A DNA stretch of 64,000 nucleotides, filler included, from Basidiobolus ranarum (lineage: Eukaryota): assembly GCA_040143965.1 (NCBI GenBank). It is 9 parts of 9 records of this genome, joined end to end, with 100 filler letters (N's around TTAATTAATTAA, not from the genome) between each part and the next. Parts side by side here need not be neighbours in the genome. Positions count along the whole stretch, not along the records: positions 57,359 to 64,000 come from JASJQH010008154.1; 8 more parts are not named here. The stretch is one strand, 5' to 3'. The translations under genes were made by a program, and so were the position numbers. Positions 62,916-64,000 of the stretch are shown piece by piece. Each line of letters starts with the position of its first letter. Within the stretch, counting starts at the first letter, position 1. Under the pieces are notes generated by a model. The model worked only from the letters and a program-made list of their open reading frames with translations. It was not told the DNA's origin and made no database searches.

Positions 62916-64000
62916 CGACTGTCATTTTAGTGAGTTCTCAGCTAATTTAGATTAGTAAATATTGATCTATTGGTCTACTACTCTATATTACTCAGGGTTT
63001 AATGGTAACACGACCGAAAAGGAAATCCGAATATTCCATGTAATGACTGTGATGGCTGTACCTGTAATGACAAATGTAAAGTTTATCACTAACTCTTCTT
63101 TACTTTTACTACTCCCTCTCTAGCTTTAGAAGTTCGTCCAAGGTAAGAGAATTGGTGTAAACAAGCAGACCATCATTGCTACATGTACACTTTTTTTACA
63201 TTTTCGCCGTTATTTATAATCAAAGTAGGGCTTCCTTGTGTTCCAAGGAGTGTGTGTACAACCAAAGTGTCTAACAGCGGATCAGATTTAACTAGGAGTA
63301 GCTATTACTAAATAGCAAACAAGGTCATCGATTTAGGTATTCGTTCGTCAGTAGTAATAGTAACAATAGAATTTGATTAGTAATCTATATTGATGCAATC
63401 CTTGAATTAATAATTGCGAGCCATGTAGTAGTAATAATAAATAGTTATGAAGTCATATAAAAAAACCGTTAGTTTAAACTAACATGACGAGGGAAAGGGA
63501 AGCCATATAGAAAGCACTAGATGCTAAAATCCATCATGCTCATTAAAATCACGTAGATCAATACATATATTTTGATTGCTTGTTAATGGCGACGGTTAGC
63601 CATAGTCCTTCTCCAATTGGGTTTAAGAGCAATAAAAGTACAGGGCTTAAATTCCAGTATCTTACCGATACGCTATCTTTTTTGACCTCCTTGCCTAAAA
63701 AGATAATGAATGGCTGTGAATAACATAGATTATACCTATTATTAACAGTAACGATAAATTCATGAGTATACTCGGTTGTGACTGACACATCTTTAGCTGA
63801 CATCCTGTTCCTTGTTAGAATATCTTGGAATATGTAACCGTGTTTCATAGTTTTGTTCCACGTTTACCTAGAAATTAGTTTAAAAATATCCGTTAGTTTG
63901 TACTGGTTTAAATGGTCTGAATCCCAACCGAATAAATATATTATCGATATTCGGGTCATATCGGAATATATTGTAAGAATTATCATTCGGGGTTTTGGAA

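Overview
This is eukaryotic, fungal DNA with short GT-AG introns; an early-diverging 'zygomycete'-grade fungus is my inference. It is not one locus. Nine unrelated contigs of about 7 kb are joined by an artificial 100-bp spacer (44 N + TTAATTAATTAA + 44 N) in descending length order, so adjacency across spacers has no biological meaning. Recognisable genes are KOG1/Raptor (3' part), TRM1, VTA1, PNS1 (3' part), a Gpr1/Fun34/SatP transporter, CHK2/Cds1, a Ulp2-like SUMO protease, a Prx5 peroxiredoxin, a cytochrome P450, an amino-acid transporter (3' part), VAM7, LCB3 and SEC3. There are also SDR and 2OG-Fe(II) dioxygenase pseudogenes. Two contigs are nests of decayed Ty1/copia and Ty3/gypsy elements, and one LTR family recurs about nine times. 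I saw no rRNA, intact tRNA or CRISPR array, and I cannot support any multi-gene novel system. The best leads are single genes: a P450 with a CYP20-like N-terminus and no I-helix Thr, a secreted protein built on a cryptic 9-residue repeat, an 83-aa protein that is little more than a PP1-docking module, and a divergent pair of small paralogs sharing a C-terminal 'FxD..NGF..FSLTP' motif. Near-total CpG loss confined to repeats is a further lead. All homology calls come from motif recall, not database searches.
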